A stretch of DNA of 63,217 bases, filler included, from Kipferlia bialata (lineage: Eukaryota), in the NCBI GenBank assembly GCA_003568945.1. It is 5 parts of 4 records of this genome, joined end to end, with 100 filler letters (N's around TTAATTAATTAA, not from the genome) between each part and the next. Parts side by side here need not be neighbours in the genome. Positions count along the whole stretch, not along the records: positions 33,140 to 49,640 come from BDIP01000599.1; positions 49,741 to 55,044 come from BDIP01000612.1; 3 more parts are not named here. One strand, given 5' to 3'. Shown here in pieces: positions 37,863 through 52,700 of the stretch. The position numbers were made by a program, and so were the translations under genes. Below the pieces are notes generated by a model. The model worked only from the letters and a program-made list of their open reading frames with translations, made no database searches and had not been told where the DNA came from. Every line of letters begins with the position of its first letter. Position 1 is the stretch's first letter.

Positions 37863-40800
37863 ATGGACCAGACGAAGAAGCAGACCGCCAAGCCGGTTCC
37901 ACCCGAGCTGGCACCCTACGCAGATGAGATTGCAGCCGAGATTGCTGCCATTGAGGCCAGTGACCTGCCAAAGAAGTCGATCAAGAAGCAGACAAAGGGA
38001 GTCATGATCAAGTACAAGAAGATGGTTCTCGAGGCCAAGCTGCGGGCAGAGCGTTTCTCCTTGCTTGTGGCTGATCTGTCCACCCAGGTGGCTCTTGACC
38101 GCCTGCATGACGCTGGACTGTTTGATGCTGCCTTCTTTGTGCTCAACACAATGAAGGAGACACTGTCCCCCGCCATGTACGCCTTGGATGCCCCGGCTGT
38201 GCTGCGTGCCCAGCTTGTGCTTCTGGCATGTGGCATCGTCCCTGGTGGCGATGTGTCTGCCGCCCCTGACGCTGCTGTGTCTGCTGAGGTTACTGAGGGA
38301 CTCCAGGCTGCCCTTGCCCACCAGCCCCCTGCTCTCCCAGGCCTGGAGGCCTTCACATCAGACGACACCCTCGACGAGGAGTCTCTCCTGGAGGCTCTCA
38401 AGGTGTGATACTGTTTTGACGAATACGTGCACTGATCAGTACTCTCACCCACGCTTTCTGTGTACTCACTCCAGGAGCGCTCCTCTGCTCTTGGAACCCC
38501 CTCTACAGCCATCGAGGCTGTGTCCTCCTATGCCACCGAGGTTGTGGCCGCCCTTGAGGCCATGCTCTCCACCCTCACTGCCCCCAGCGACATGGCCAAG
38601 GCGTCTGTAGCTAGGTATTGCTGGGTTGTCTCTGTGGCCTCTTTGGATGTGTATGCACTTCCTACCTGCATTCCCAACGTAGCCATGTTGTAATTGCGTG
38701 ACTTCCGTGTGACTCCATCTCTGCATGTGTCTCTCCGACCCCAGGTGTGCCGTTGTGCACCAGGCCCACATTGCCCTGTGCTGCAGACTCATGGAGGACG
38801 AGAAGAAGACCACAGCCGCCATGAAGCCATTCATCCCCGAGCTCAGACAGGTGATACTCATACTGATATTGTTACTGATACTACTCCTACTGAAACTGAT
38901 TCATACCGAGTTGGACTCGTCTCGCAGTGCATATACCAGTGGCTGGGATACGATATTCTGTTCATACCATCATCACTATATATGGGTTCTGTCCATCCTC
39001 ACCGCCAGGCTGACATCGACGGCACTGCCGCGTCCCTAGCTGCCAAGCTCCTCATTGCCCCCCTGGCTGTGAGCGGAGAGGTGCACACCTACACCGAGTC
39101 TGTGCTCAACGTGACTGTGGACGGTGAGGCCCTGTCCTACTCGCTGACCCCCGAGATGTACCAGGCCATGACCCTTGCCTCTCTGGCCATTGGCTCCCCC
39201 ATCTCTCTGGCCGTGGACGCAGACGCCGCAGTGACTGCCTTCCACCTGTCCCCATGTGTGCTGGCCCCCCCCCTCCCCCCTGCCACCCGTGTGCAGACTC
39301 TGCTGGACATGTTCACTGAGAAGAAGGAGGAGACAGCCCCTGTGCGCATCGCCATCTCCGGTACGTGTGTCCAGCGATTCAATTGCATATATATGCCTTT
39401 CATACACACGCATGCTCCCCTATATATATATACATTTGCGATGTGCCAACCGGCAGGGTGGGTCGACAGGATCAGGCGTGAGTCCAAGTACATGGTGTTC
39501 CTGGTTCTGAGGGACGGATCCAACTACGTACAGTGTGTCCTGAGAGGCCCCATGGCCCAGTCTCTCCTTGCCAGGTACGATACATTGTGGCACAACAGCG
39601 TCTATTCCTTATACAATACCACTCTCTCTTCCAACCTTACCCAGGTCTCTCCGCAGAGAGTGCACTGTGTGTGTGTGTGGAGATGCGGTCTATGACGAGA
39701 GGGCCGTCACTGATGTTGAGGTGCGATATCTGTAGTACGTATTCCCTCTGTCAGCCCGCATGCAGTGTCTCTGTGTCATTCCTTCTCAAGCTGTACGCCC
39801 TCTCCCTCCTTGGTCCCTCTCCCTCCTTGGTCCCTCTCACTGCCAGGTCCGTGGCCGCACCATCTCCCTCCTTGGCGCTGCCCCCTCCGACTTCGAGGGC
39901 AGGGTGCGTGTGGAGGGCCTCGAGGCGTTCCCCCACAGGCACCTGCTGCTCCGGACCCAGAAGTATGCCAAGACCCTCAGGCTCAGGTCCATTGCCGTCC
40001 ATGCATTCAGGAACCACCTTATGGGCAAGGTATGGGCAACGGGTACATCTCCTCAATCGCAAACCCAGCCTCCGTATATGGATACTGTTGCGTCCTCTAT
40101 ACGTGAAGTGTTCTCACCCCTCAGGGCATGGTCGAGGTGACCCCCCCCACCCTGGTCAACACCCACTGCGAGGGTACGGCCTGTAGATGTGTTCGTGTGT
40201 GTGTGTGTGTTTGGTGCATCAATGAGTATAGAGTGTATGTGTAAAGGGGTATCCTCTCACTCAGGTGGTTCTTCCCTGTTCGAGGTTGATTACTATGGGA
40301 AGCCTGCCTACCTGACCCAGTCTAGCCAGGTGTGTGGTGTGTGGATGATAGGTTGTGTTGTGTTTCTCATACCCCATATGCTTCTAGTCCCCTCCCACCT
40401 CAGCTGTATCTTGAGACTGCCTGTCCTGCCGTCGGTGACTGTTTCTGCATGCTTCCATCCTACAGGGCAGAGAAGTCCAGGACAAGGAGGTATGGTATTA
40501 GTGTCGTCCATGTTTGTATCGTACCACATGGCCCGCATGGACGTCGCTCCCCATTTGTCTCACCTCCTAGGCACGTATCTGAGTTCATGCACCTTGAGAC
40601 AGAGCACCCCTTCTGCACTTTCGATGGTATGTGGATGGGGATGTGTTCACTTGTTGTGCAGTGTATATATTTGCCAATAGTGCCCCCCCCCCCCCTCTCT
40701 CTCTTCCTCCTTCTCTCCCCCCAGACCTGCTGACCGTCATCGAGGACATGGTGTGTGGTGTGGTGGACACGGTCAAGGCAGAGGCAGGCCCCCTGCTGGA

Positions 40801-41780
40801 GTCCCTGAACCAGGACGTCCCCTCCCCCCAGAAGCCCTTCAAGAGGATGACACACACAGAGGCTATCGGTGCGTCTGGCTGACATGGTCTCAATACGTAC
40901 AGTATGTATATGTCTGTGTACCTCCCTGTGTCCGTCCTCTCACCTTCATCCTCACTGCAGACTGGCTGCGTGAGCATGAGGTGTACAAGGACGAGGAGGC
41001 CAAGACCTTCTACACCTACGGAGACGACATCCCCGAGGCCCCAGAGAGGAAGATGGTACGCATCATGAGTGTCAGTGTCAGCATCGAGAGTGTGAAGAGT
41101 GTCAGTGTTGATCGTAATCTGCTTGTGTACAATATTTTCAATATTTTCTCCGGTGTCTAACCTCCTAGATTGACGCTATTGGAGAGCCAGTGTTCCTGAT
41201 CAAGTTCCCTGCCAGCCTCAAGTCATTCTACATGAAGGTGGGGAAGACACTATCCACTTAGTTGAATGTATATACATATGTTTATTATCCTTCCCCCCAT
41301 AGATCTGACCCCCAGAAGTGCCCCGGCGAGCCCCTTCTCACAGAGTCTGTGGATCTGCTGGTGCCAGGCGTGGGTGAGATTGTGGGAGGCTCCATGCGTA
41401 TGCATGAGTACGGGCCCACCATGGATGCCTTCGAGGCCAACGGTCTGCCCCCTGAGCAGTACCACTGGTACACAGGTGGGTGATGACTCTGGGGCTGAAT
41501 ATCTCGGGGTCTCGTATATTCATGTGTCCCACGCCATGCGTTCAGGCATCAGACTACCCCTATCTGACCCCCAGACATGCGCAAGTACGGAGCATACCCC
41601 CACGGTGGGTGTGGCCTTGGAGTGGGCCGCTTCCTCACTTGGCTGTTTGGCCTCCACAGGTGGGTGTGGCAGTTGTCGTGTTTCATATCGTGTTGTATAA
41701 GTGGCCCCATCATGATACTTACCCCTAGCATCAAGGAGGTGATCATGTACCCCCGTACTGTGGACATCATCAGCCCATAG
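37863..41780 (+). CDS. NARS1: Cytosolic asparaginyl-tRNA synthetase with long N-terminal extension
   Basis: GWVDRIR...FLVLRDGSNYVQCVL (OB fold), RHLLLR, CEGGSSLF...AYLTQSSQLYLE, SYRAEKSRTRRHVSEF (motif 2), TESVDLLVPGVGEIVGGSMR, RKYGAYPHGGCGLGVGRFLTW (motif 3). Confidence 0.95.
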
Positions 41781-42048
41781 GTACAAAGGAGACTACGAGT
41801 GCGATTCTCAGTGATAAATGATGCGTGACGATGGACTGTATGGGATGAGAGATGAGTGGTCCACTGGACTCATCCATATTAATTGGACGTTGTATTATTC
41901 TATTTGGTGATAATGAAACAAACCTATACTAGAGTAGCGAAAGTAAACAGGCAAGAAGTAGAAAGAGTCACTGAGGTTGACTGCCAACCGCATATAACAG
42001 AATCTGCCAGCGACAGACATATGACAGGACTTGAGCAGCGGATCTCGG

Positions 42049-42686
42049 CTAGAAGCAGCACTGGCAGTCGAAAGGGCAGTCATCCGTCTGTCCGGCGTCC
42101 TTCTTGTTGATGCCTGGGTCAGTCTAAACAGGAGATGGAAGACAACTACCATCACCACAATCACCCACTGCCAACCTACACATTCTCACGCGCATATCGC
42201 TGAAGAAATGGATAGTGTATCCCTACCTAGCTCCGTCTCACTCATAATCCTATATCCCTCCTCGGTATACTTCCTTCCGGATCCCTCCTGGAAGAAGCTC
42301 TCTCCCTCTTGGGCCTTCGCCTTAGCAGCTTCCTTCTCCCTCTCTTGCTGCCTGGCCTTCTTCTTCTGTGAACTGTCCCTGACTGTGAGAAGAAGGGGAT
42401 TCATATCTGTGTAGTTGTACTGCTATCACCTTGTCATCTGGGCTATCAGGGCATCAAGGTCAGCGTCACTACTGAGACAGACAGCTCCTTCGTCAATCTC
42501 CCCAGAAAGTCCGCAGGCCTCGGCAGCAGACTCCCCAATCATGCTACCCATGCATTCCTCAGGGTCCAGGGTTTTCACCGACTCCTTGGTCTTCTTCTTC
42601 CCAGACTTCTTCCCTGGAGCGGGGGCTTGTATTCCCAATGGGTCCTTAATGGCTACTTTACGCTTGCTGGAACCCTTCTTTCCCAT
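42049..42686 (-). CDS. DUF1764-family protein, 3 exons
   Basis: Lys-rich N-terminus, GRKYTEEGYRIMSETELG, and C-terminal GQTDDCPFDCQCCF*. Confidence 0.85.
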
Positions 42687-42881
42687 CACGTACAGGTCAA
42701 GCTGGAGAGAGTACGCTCCGTTTTCAAACAGGCAACCCTTCCTGATGCCAAAAACTTAGAAAATCAGATCATGTCCTTTGATATTCTACGAGTCCTTTCA
42801 TAGACCGTAGAAGAAGCAGTAGTCCTCATACGGTGTATTTTGGTTCATTAGGCTCCCTGTGGTTCAGCCTGCTACCTCAGG

Positions 42882-44726
42882 ATGAATCCGAGCTCCTTTC
42901 AGTTGAATGTCCCCAATTTTGAGGATTCCAGGACCACATTCTCCTTCGCCCATCCTCCTAAGAGGGTCCGTACTGACCAACACCACTCCGCTAGCACCAA
43001 CTTCCGCGAGAACTCCATCAATGTAGGGTTTCAGAGTGTTATGCCGGCCACCCAGAGTGCTTTCTCCTCCTCCACCTCCTTCCTGCCGTCTATGGGCCAG
43101 TCCCAGCACGTTGTGAGCACCGCCAGCCTGTTTGAACCCTCCTCTCCCGCTCGGAAGCTGACATCCATTCAGCAGAAGGAGCTTCCAGAAGGGAACGAGA
43201 GAGGAAGCATCTCTATACACACTATGGCCAACATTATGCGAGGCCGTCCAGCCACCAAGGGAGGTCATGTGGTGCGGGACTGGCTTGTGATGGACTGCCG
43301 GTTCGGATACGAGTTCGACGGTGGCCACATTCGTGGGGCTCTTCACACCCCATGTATTACTGACGCTATCTATGCCCTCTTCGATACTCATGGCAACCCC
43401 GGCAGGCCTGAGGGCAACACGTCAGACAAGTACATCATAGTGCACTGCGAGTTCTCACAGGTGAGTAGTAGTTTGCCTTGTTCTAGTATTGTTGGGTCAG
43501 TTAATATAGAATCCATTCATATTTCAAGTGGTGACTGTTGCCCGTAACCACTATATAGATATACATCCTCATCCTGCTCACGCCAGAAGCGTGGCCCCAA
43601 GATGAAGCAGTTCCTGTGCTCTCTCAACCGGGCCTTCTCCTACCACGTCAATGACAACAACTGGGGCAGGACTGACATGTACCCCCACATCTACCTCCTT
43701 GACGGAGGGTACAAGGCCTTCTACCAGTGCGCAGAGTACAGGTGGGTGTTGGTGATGCTATCTGTGTTGGACTGAGTGTTTGTGAGGGCACACCCTGTTA
43801 TATAGCCTTGGGTGTCGTGCTTTCATAGTTGCTCGTCATTGTACTGTTGGTCCATATATATATATGTGTGTGTGCTATCTCACCCCTAGGGACATGTGCA
43901 TCACTCATCGGGAGGAGAACCCCCTTTCCCAGCCCATGTACATGCCCATGTTGGGCAAGGAGCTGGCTTCCGCACCAGGTAACTCATGTCTCCATGCTAC
44001 ATAACTACCCGTGGAGAGCTGTTCTGTGTTGTTCTTGGACTCACTGTCAGAGAAGGTTCATTTCGAGCACCTCTCTGACCATGAGATGAGCAGGTGCTCT
44101 CTCAACAAAGTGGCCACTCGCTGCAAGGTACTCGTGCAGTCTCACCTTCTCTCGTTGTGTTCCTGTATCCCTTGCTGCTGTCCTGCCTGTTTCAGTCACG
44201 TTTCAGACTCTCACCCTAGTTCTTCCAGGACTATGTTCAGCTCCATGTCAACAAGCTCTTCAATACCGAACCAATGCCGGCTGCTGAGGTACATAGACTC
44301 TGTGTGTACATAATAGTATGAGCAGTTGCAGTAAAGCGTCCCCCGCTATGTCCCACCCCAGGCTGACCATATCATGCACTCGGCTACCGTCAGAGCCTAC
44401 CTCGAGAACAGGATGAGAGAGAACGAGAGGGCTATCTTGGACGACAGGTATGGGGTACTCATCATTTCGACACGCCTCTTCCTGAGAGTTCATGTGTCAA
44501 ATTGTATGAATGACAATACGTCTCAGTGTGATCATCCTCTACCCCCAGGCGCTGTGAGGAGTCTGACCGGGACGAGAGTGTCTTTGGAGTGTCTGCCAAT
44601 GGGTCTATGTTCGGAGGGTCCATGGATGACCCCTTCCCCAGCACCCTCATTGGGGACGGGGACGAGGCCGAGGACGTCATCAACGGCAACCCCTGGGCCC
44701 AGTCCCCTACCCTCCATCGTCCCTAG
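42882..44726 (+). CDS. CDC25: Cdc25 M-phase inducer phosphatase (rhodanese fold)
   Basis: MDCRFGYEFDGGHIRGA, active site HCEFSQ|KRGP (CX5R, split by an intron) and YPHIYLLDGGYKAF. Confidence 0.92.
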
Positions 44727-45278
44727 GGCCTCCCCTAGGCTGTTGGACAACACCCCTCTCTGGGGGTCTCGTTGTACTCGGGCTTTCCTGTGTACTTACG
44801 CCACTTTTGGCCATGTGTTTTAAGTTTCTGTGTTCTTTGTGTAAAATGGTGTGCTTGTAGCATTGTTGTGTCTTTGTATCCATGCCACTCTCTTGGGTGG
44901 CTTCTTAACGGACTAAATGTGTGTCCATTTGGTTGTATTGGTGAAGTGGTGGAAATAGGCCGAGCGCTGAGCCTGTTCCATAATATCGCAGAAGACTACC
45001 CATGCACTCGCCCCGGCCTTCTCACACTGGCTCACCACGCCACAAGGCCACTCTGTTTGAACTTGGGTTGCGCGGGTCGTAACGAGTCTGTCACAGACTC
45101 TGTCAGTGACAGTGTCACAGAGTATATATCGCACAGAGTCTCTGTGCGATATCAAAAACGTAAAGGGTGTAGCCTCTAGGTCCGAGAGTTGTACTGACTG
45201 TCCTAGAACAGTCCTAGTCCTGACACAGGGTCTGACCCTGGTGTATCGGTGTGTTTGTCCTGAGCAGGCTACTGTAGC

Positions 45279-48110
45279 ATGCAGTGGCAGCGGGTGTACA
45301 ATGCCCTGATTCGTCTCTCAGTGATTGTCATCGCCGCAGCTGTCCTCTATTCTAGGTATATTGGGAACTGTGTGCGGAGTCTCTATTCCCTTGAGGTACT
45401 ACAACAGATATTGAGATGTAGATCTGCCCTGTCTGTACCTTGCCGGTCCATAACGGTCTGTGGTGTACTCATCACCCGTGTATGCACCCTCATGCCAGGT
45501 TGACCCTGCGAGACGAGGTTGACCCTGTACCCCCTTATCCAGAGGGTGGGTCAGGCAAGGACTCCTCTTTGTGATGCTCCTCTCTTATGCGGTTACTCTA
45601 GTGTAGCTGTTCTGTCATTAATTGGTGTGTGTGCGGTATCTCTCTCATGACAGCATATGGCCCTGATGACTTCTCCCTCTGCACCCTTCCCCTGACTGAG
45701 CCCAGCATGCTGATAGATGGCGCTGCCCCAGGTGAAAGTGTCTCAAAGGTGCGGTCTTCCTTTCGGAGTCCTCCATTATTCCTGTCACATGTGACATTCT
45801 ATATATATATGTGTGTATGCCTCACTCCTAGGCCTTTAGCCGACGCTTTGATTATGCATCCTATGAGGGTGGTGCTAGGATTCAGGTATCCCGATTGATG
45901 GTCGGAGCTGTCTCGGCTAATTCTCTGTAGTATTCCCCACATTGTGTGTTCTTCACAGTGGCTTTGCCAGCTGACCCCCAGGGAAGCCAGGGAGTGTCGA
46001 ATCCAAAGGCTGTCATATCCAAGAAGGACTACTCGGTAATAGACTGTGGCGAGGGGTGGGTGGAGGTGAGGGTTGCGTTGGTATCGTGTGCAGTCCCAGT
46101 GGTATTGCACTATGCAGGCTCATCCCCAGATCATCTTGCCGGATGAGGTCCAGATCGACTCCATTGCTATGGTGTCCAGTGAGCACTTCAGTGGCCAGAT
46201 CCGGTTCGTGATTATGATGTGTATATGTCATGTTTCGTCCCTATAACTCAGTCGGTGTCTTACCCAGCAAGTTCACTGTGACTGTGAGGGAGATGGATGC
46301 CAAGCAGTCTAACCAGAGTACAGACATGCCTCTAGGGCCGGCTGAGGGGGGGGATCACACAGAGAGTGCAGAGATGAGGTCCAGGGATATGTGCTTTATA
46401 GCCCAGGAGGGACGGATGCCCCAGTACTTCCGCTTCCCAACCCCTCTGTATGGAAGGTAATCAGTATCTAATCAGTATCAGCCTGTGTCATCCTCAGATC
46501 TCTGTTCCGAGACTTGTGTCTGATCCGGACCATGACATGTGACACTTACTGACACAGCCACTGATGTATGTAGATATATGTACTAATCCCAGGACTGTGC
46601 GTCTTGCCTGGCAGAGCACCCACCCCCCAGGGGCAGAGGTCTGTGTGCTCACAGGTACCCCACTGTCCCTCGACATGTGTGCACACCAATGTCGTTGGGA
46701 TATACACTCATTTTGTGTCTGGTTTCTCCCCTGTGACTGGATCAGTTCTATTGTGCTGCTATTTCCTCCTTCTCATTCCCAGCATTGCGTCTCTATGGCA
46801 CCAGGAGTATAGACACACTGGCTAAGGTATCAGTCCCATATGTATGCACTGATTCCTCTATACTGGTCCCAGGGTTTTCTAGTATTTTTCCAAGTGACAC
46901 AAGCTAGTACTCCCCTCCCCCAGCACTTCTCTATATATGCTCACCCACTAGGCAATTGAAGAGGCGTCTGGTACTGCCGACAAGCTGGGCTCGTTACTTC
47001 CCTCGGCCCTGCCGGCACTGGAGGGAGGGGGCTCGGGGGACGGGGAGCAAGACAGAAGGCGGGATCTCGAGTGGGGGGCCTATGCTGGAGGAGATGCAGA
47101 GAGAGAGAGAGAGAGGACGGCATCACAGGTTTGGATATGTATGCTATTTGATATAGCGTTGTGGAGTATGAGTGTGCTCTCCCCTCCACATCTCCCCGTC
47201 ACCACAGCTTGTATGGCCGCCCTTCCAGACATACGAGGCTGACCTCCTGAGGGCTGTACAGAGGGGGAGGGAGGGCCAGCCAGAGGGCGAGGGGGAGAGG
47301 AGCACAGTGTTCAAGGAGCTTCTGCAGCAACTCCACGACCTCGACATACAGAGCGTAGTGCTTGCCAAGCAGCTAGAAAATACACACAGGTATGGATACT
47401 GCCAGGTCTCTGTGTTGTGGAATTGCTTACCAGTATCCGGTGTTACAATGTGGTCACCAATGAATTGTCTTACACTAGGAAGGCTGGGGAGTTTCTGGAT
47501 GTTCATAGCTCCCAAATTGGTGGATTGTCCCATTCCATTAAGCAGGTTAGTCATTGGACGCAGACTTGAATGATTCCATTGGTGCCTGCTGGATCCATTA
47601 CTCAAACAATACAATACACCCCGTTCACATTCGTATTCACATCAGGTTCAGAGTGATATCTACTCGCTGCGCCAGGACGTGGTGCTAGGCACCCTCCTTC
47701 CGTCGGTGACTTCGCTTGAGGCTCAGGTTTGTGTCATCCCCTCTTTAGGTAACGGTTGATACTCATGTCAGGTTGTGGAGCTGCAGGGCGCCCTGGACTC
47801 TCTCACTGGCACTGTGGTGGCTGGGGTGGTGGTCATAGCCGTGGTGGTGGCTGTGCAGGTATGGATGCACTGTGCTGTCACATTCAGAATGGTGTATGGT
47901 CATTCAGTACAATGTCATAGCAACCCGATTAGATACCCTAACCCTTAGGTGCAACAGCTGGTAATGAGGTGTGTTACATCAGGGCGGTCCAAGCGGCGAG
48001 ACCCCTCTCTCCCCCCAGTCCATGTCTCCAAGAGTGCCAACTGTAGCCCTGTGGCCAGTGTCAGCCCAGACATGCCCAATACGCTGCAGAAGGAGGTCAG
48101 GTCGTGTTGA
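45279..48110 (+). CDS. Mid-SUN domain protein (Slp1/SUCO-like)
   Basis: N-terminal hydrophobic segment, then SNPKAVISK, ILPDEVQIDSIAMVSSEHFS..I.KFTV, QYFRFPTPLYG|RTVRL...C, STVFKELLQQLHDLDIQS coiled coil, and C-terminal TM VVAGVVVIAVVVAV. Confidence 0.7.
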
Positions 48111-49640
48111 TCAGACTGGGAATAGATGGATTCGATGGCAAATGGATTCGCTGGCATGTGTATGTGTCCTTCAGCATATGTACCCCTATACACCATGACT
48201 GCGATAGATTAACGATAATTGCAAATCAACGCGATTGGGTTACCCACTATAACTATCTGTATTATGAGGGTGTTCCCTAGTCGTTGTGAAAGGATTCATT
48301 CAGAGGCCTATCACTTATACTACAACTCGTAGCCTCCAGCCAATCAATGGACAGAGTGGATCGGATTAGTGACAGAATGAGTTCTCGGTGAGATGTGGTC
48401 AGAATTGTGTGTGTCAGGTCTGTCTATCCTAACAATACCCAACACTCTTCAAAAGAGTCTCTTTAAGAGACACAAAGACCTTCCAGCCTGGCAGTACCAG
48501 GAACAGGTCGAGGGCCGCTTACCCAGTCAGGGCTTTCTGTGATAGTAATAACCTGATCTAACCAGGCAAAGAATGGCCGACTGTAGTTTGCGACTGGAGT
48601 TTGTAGTCATATACCTGGTGTTCATATATTCATATGTTCTTTGGGTCACGCCAGGGTATGACGCAGAGGCACACGTATGGCTTCCTGATATACTTGAGAA
48701 CACTGCTACGTACAGTGCCGTTGGCACTGGTTCCTCTCACTTTCTCTTATCTCTCCACAAGCCCTCGATAGTGTTCCGTCTTTTCTGTGGGCAGTATCAA
48801 ACATCGCAGCGTTGCAGCCGCAGCACAGCATCGGTTAGGCATTGTCAGGAGAGCTACAGAGTTACCAACTCCCGCCAGGCCGTCACATACAAATTGTTTG
48901 ATCCAGTGTAATGCAACGGCCACTGACCGGAATTATCCGATGAACCAAAACCCTCCAGACCCTACCCCAGTCAAAGCTATGTGAGTGATGGACTGTACTG
49001 CACCTAGGAATCGGATGGAGGGGTACTGGGCGCTGAACGTGTTTCACTCGCTGGGCGTCGTACTCAGTGGCATTTCCTGTCCTGAGTTATGTCGGGTGTG
49101 TGACGCCGACACAACAACCTTCATTATGTACAGCATGCCGGTACCGTGTAGTACCCAACGGGTACATCAATGAGGTATATGATGAGGACGCCAAAATTGA
49201 AGCCAGGTAGGAGTGTTTTCAGTAGCATTGATGGCCGTTGTCCACCGTGTCTAGTGTAGTTGATATGCGTTCTATCTAGCCATTACAATTATTGTATCAT
49301 TCCTGTAGCTACCTTGTCTTTGATACTCCTCCTGGAACACTAAACACGTTCTATACCCATTTCATTGTCCACCCCACTACTACAACACCGTAGCAACTGC
49401 ACAATGTAATATCCGACGTAACAAGGACTGCAACCCAAGTCCCATTGACTTCGTTCCACCGCACTTGAATGCCTGTATATCACAATTAGGGCTTCAAAAA
49501 TATAGATATAGAAATAAGATAGTAAAAATAATTTACTATATTTCTATATCTGACCCAGTGACCAAGGGAGGTGATGGCCTTGGACTACTGCTATTTGATG
49601 CTATTAGCTTTCTACCCCTACTTATACTTCCTATTTGGTT

Positions 49641-49740
49641 NNNNNNNNNNNNNNNNNNNNNNNNNNNNNNNNNNNNNNNNNNNNTTAATTAATTAANNNN
49701 NNNNNNNNNNNNNNNNNNNNNNNNNNNNNNNNNNNNNNNN
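49641..49740. other. Artificial contig linker
   Basis: N44-TTAATTAATTAA-N44. Confidence 0.98.
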
Positions 49741-52700
49741 CTGACCGTATCTACATGACCCTGACCGGTGCCATCCACATGAACCTGGGAGGCAGTCCGG
49801 CTGGACCTGCAGGTAGAGTATATAAGTATGTATGAGTCTATATACTCTTATGTATGTGAGTCTTCTGACCCGCCCTCCCTCCCAGGTACCGGCAAGACTG
49901 AGACCGTCAAGGACCTTGGCAAGGCCCTGGCCATGGCCGTCATTGTGTTCAACTGCTCAGAGGTACTGTGATATGTGCATGTATGCACACTACTCTACTT
50001 GTACGCATCTCTCATGATATGTCGACCCACCCCTCACCCCCAGGGTCTTGACTACCTGGCCATGGCCAAGTTCTTCACAGGCCTTGCCATGACCGGCGCC
50101 TGGTCCTGCTTCGGTGGGTGCATGTGTGTGTAGATACATGCCCTTTCTCGTCTTGAATACCCTATACTCACCCCATATGAGTTCAACCGGGTGTATATAT
50201 ACATATATCTCTCTCTGTATATATCTCTCTAACCCCCCAGATGAGTTCAACCGTATCGACATTGAGGTGCTGTCTGTCATTGCACAGCAGATCATGACAA
50301 TCCAGAGGGCCGTCAGGATGAAGATTGATAGGTGGGGGTGCTTCTCTCTCTCTCTCTCTCTCTCTCTCTATTCTTTGTGTGAGTGTACAGTCCCTGTCTT
50401 GTCTCTCCCCTCACCCCTAGGTTTGTCTTCGAGGGCATTGAGATCACCATCAAGCCTACATGTGCCGTGTTCATCACAATGAACCCAGGTGTGTCGGATA
50501 AATACACATGTGTATAAGTGTATACATTTTGTGTATCCATATACCCCCTCACTCCAGGCTATGCTGGCCGTACCGAGCTGCCCGACAACCTCAAGGCCTG
50601 TTTCAGACCGGTTGCCTGTATGATCCCAGGTAGGGTAATGTAGATGTACCACATGTATTCTGTACTGTATGACCCATATATTTGTATCAACCCACTACCT
50701 TACTCTGGAACCAATATGCGTATATATTCCTATGATATCATCTCCATTTCATTGTATTATCCATTCTCTACAGCCCTCACCCCCCAGACTACGCTCTCAT
50801 CGCTGAGATCCGTCTATTCTCCTTCGGCTTTGTCAATGCCAGAGAGCTGGCCCAGAAGACAACGGCCGCATTCAGACTGTCATCGGAGCAGCTGTCCGCA
50901 CAGGTACCCGTGACCATATAACCTGTACCCCCTGTACTTCTGCCTCTCCCCCCCCCCCTCACCCCAGGACCACTATGACTTTGGGATGCGTGCCCTCAAC
51001 ACCACCCTGGTGGCTGCAGGTAACAGGAAACAGGCAACACCTGAGGGAGACGAGTACAAGATTCTGCTCAAGGCCCTGAAGGTATATGAGACCCATTCTA
51101 TACATTGACCCCCCACCCCTGACCCCTAGGATGTGAATCTGCCCAAGTTCCTTGAGAACGACATCATTCTGTTTGACTCCATTGTGTGTGACCTGTTCCC
51201 CTCTATCACGGTGGAGGAGGAGGACAAGGGCGCCATGGACGTGGCCATCAGGGAGGCATGCGCAGAGCTCAACCTACAGGTGGGTATGGATGTGGGTATG
51301 GGCCACACATGACTATCGTGTCTGACAACACATCCCCCCTTTGCACTGACCCCCTCACCCCCAGCCGACCCCCATGTTCATCAAGAAGTGCTTTGAGCTC
51401 TATGACACAATCACCCTGAGGTAGGGATACGGTACTTATGCACACGCACTCTCTCCCTCCCTCTCTCTCTGTCTGTCCCTCACTCCCAGGCACGGTCTCA
51501 TGATGGTTGGTCCCACCGTGGGTGGCAAGACCATGTCTGTGTTTGTGCTGCAGAAGGCACTGGCGTCCATGGCCCAGCAGGTACAGTGCTGTGTCTCTAT
51601 GCCTCTCTCTCTATGTCTCACTGTGTCTGAGTATCTCCCCCCTCACCCCTTAGGAGAAGGCCAGGCGTGTGGAGCAGGGTGTGGATGAGTCTGAGGACTG
51701 GGTGTACAAGAAGGTCCTGCTCACAAGGCTCAACCCTAAGGTATAGTGTGGTATATGCACATGCATATGACTACTTGTACCTGCCCTCACCCCCTAGGCC
51801 ATCACCATGGGTCAGCTGTATGGCCAGTTCGATCCCGTGTCTCATGAGTGGACAGACGGAATCCTGGCCTCCATCATCAGGTACTCTCTATCCCACTACA
51901 CATGTTTATATTGGCTCACGGTCTCAACTATCCCCCCTCACCCCAGGAAGGCCGTGTCCAACCAGAGGCCTGAGTACCGGTGGACAGTGTTCGATGGACC
52001 AGTCGATGCGTACGTGTGGTATATACCCAGTCACTTGCCTTCCTTCCTCATGTTTCACATATATTCTTCCCCCCCTGCCCCACCCCACCCCAGCCTGTGG
52101 ATTGAGAACATGAACACCGTGCTGGATGACAACAAGAAGCTGTGTCTGACATCCGGAGAGATCATTGCCCTCACCCCCGGCATGAACATGATCTTTGAGG
52201 TGCAGGACCTGGCAGAGGCCTCCCCAGCCACAGTGTCCAGGTGTGTATATATGTATTTATGACTGTTTATGTATTATATCTAGGTGGGGACATGTATGGA
52301 TTGTGCCATCACTTTCCCCCCTTGTGTCAAGTGTTGCTGTATGTGGTTCCTGACACCAGGTGTGGTATGGTTTACTACGAGCCCGCTCTCACTGTGAGCA
52401 TCGATGCTCTGTGCAAGTCCTACACCAACGACCTGGCCCCCGCTCTGCGGTACAGGTATTGCACATTTCTGTATATATATTCATGTTCTATGCTCGACTC
52501 TTCCCCTATCCCCCCCCTCCCCTGTCTGACCCCCAGTGATGCCGAGTTCACTGTGGACTCCGACCTCTACACGTCCCTCACCTTCATCATGAGCCAGCTC
52601 CTAGTGCCTGGGGTTGCCTTCATCAGGGAGCACTGCAAGGAGACTATGGCAACGGTGGACGCCAACCTTGCAATGTCCTTCTTCAGGTATGTGTACAAGT

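Noticed and set aside
48200..49640. Possible gene(s) after the SUN gene
   Set aside because: Short ORFs and some splice-like signals are present, but I could not build a consistent model or recognise a motif.
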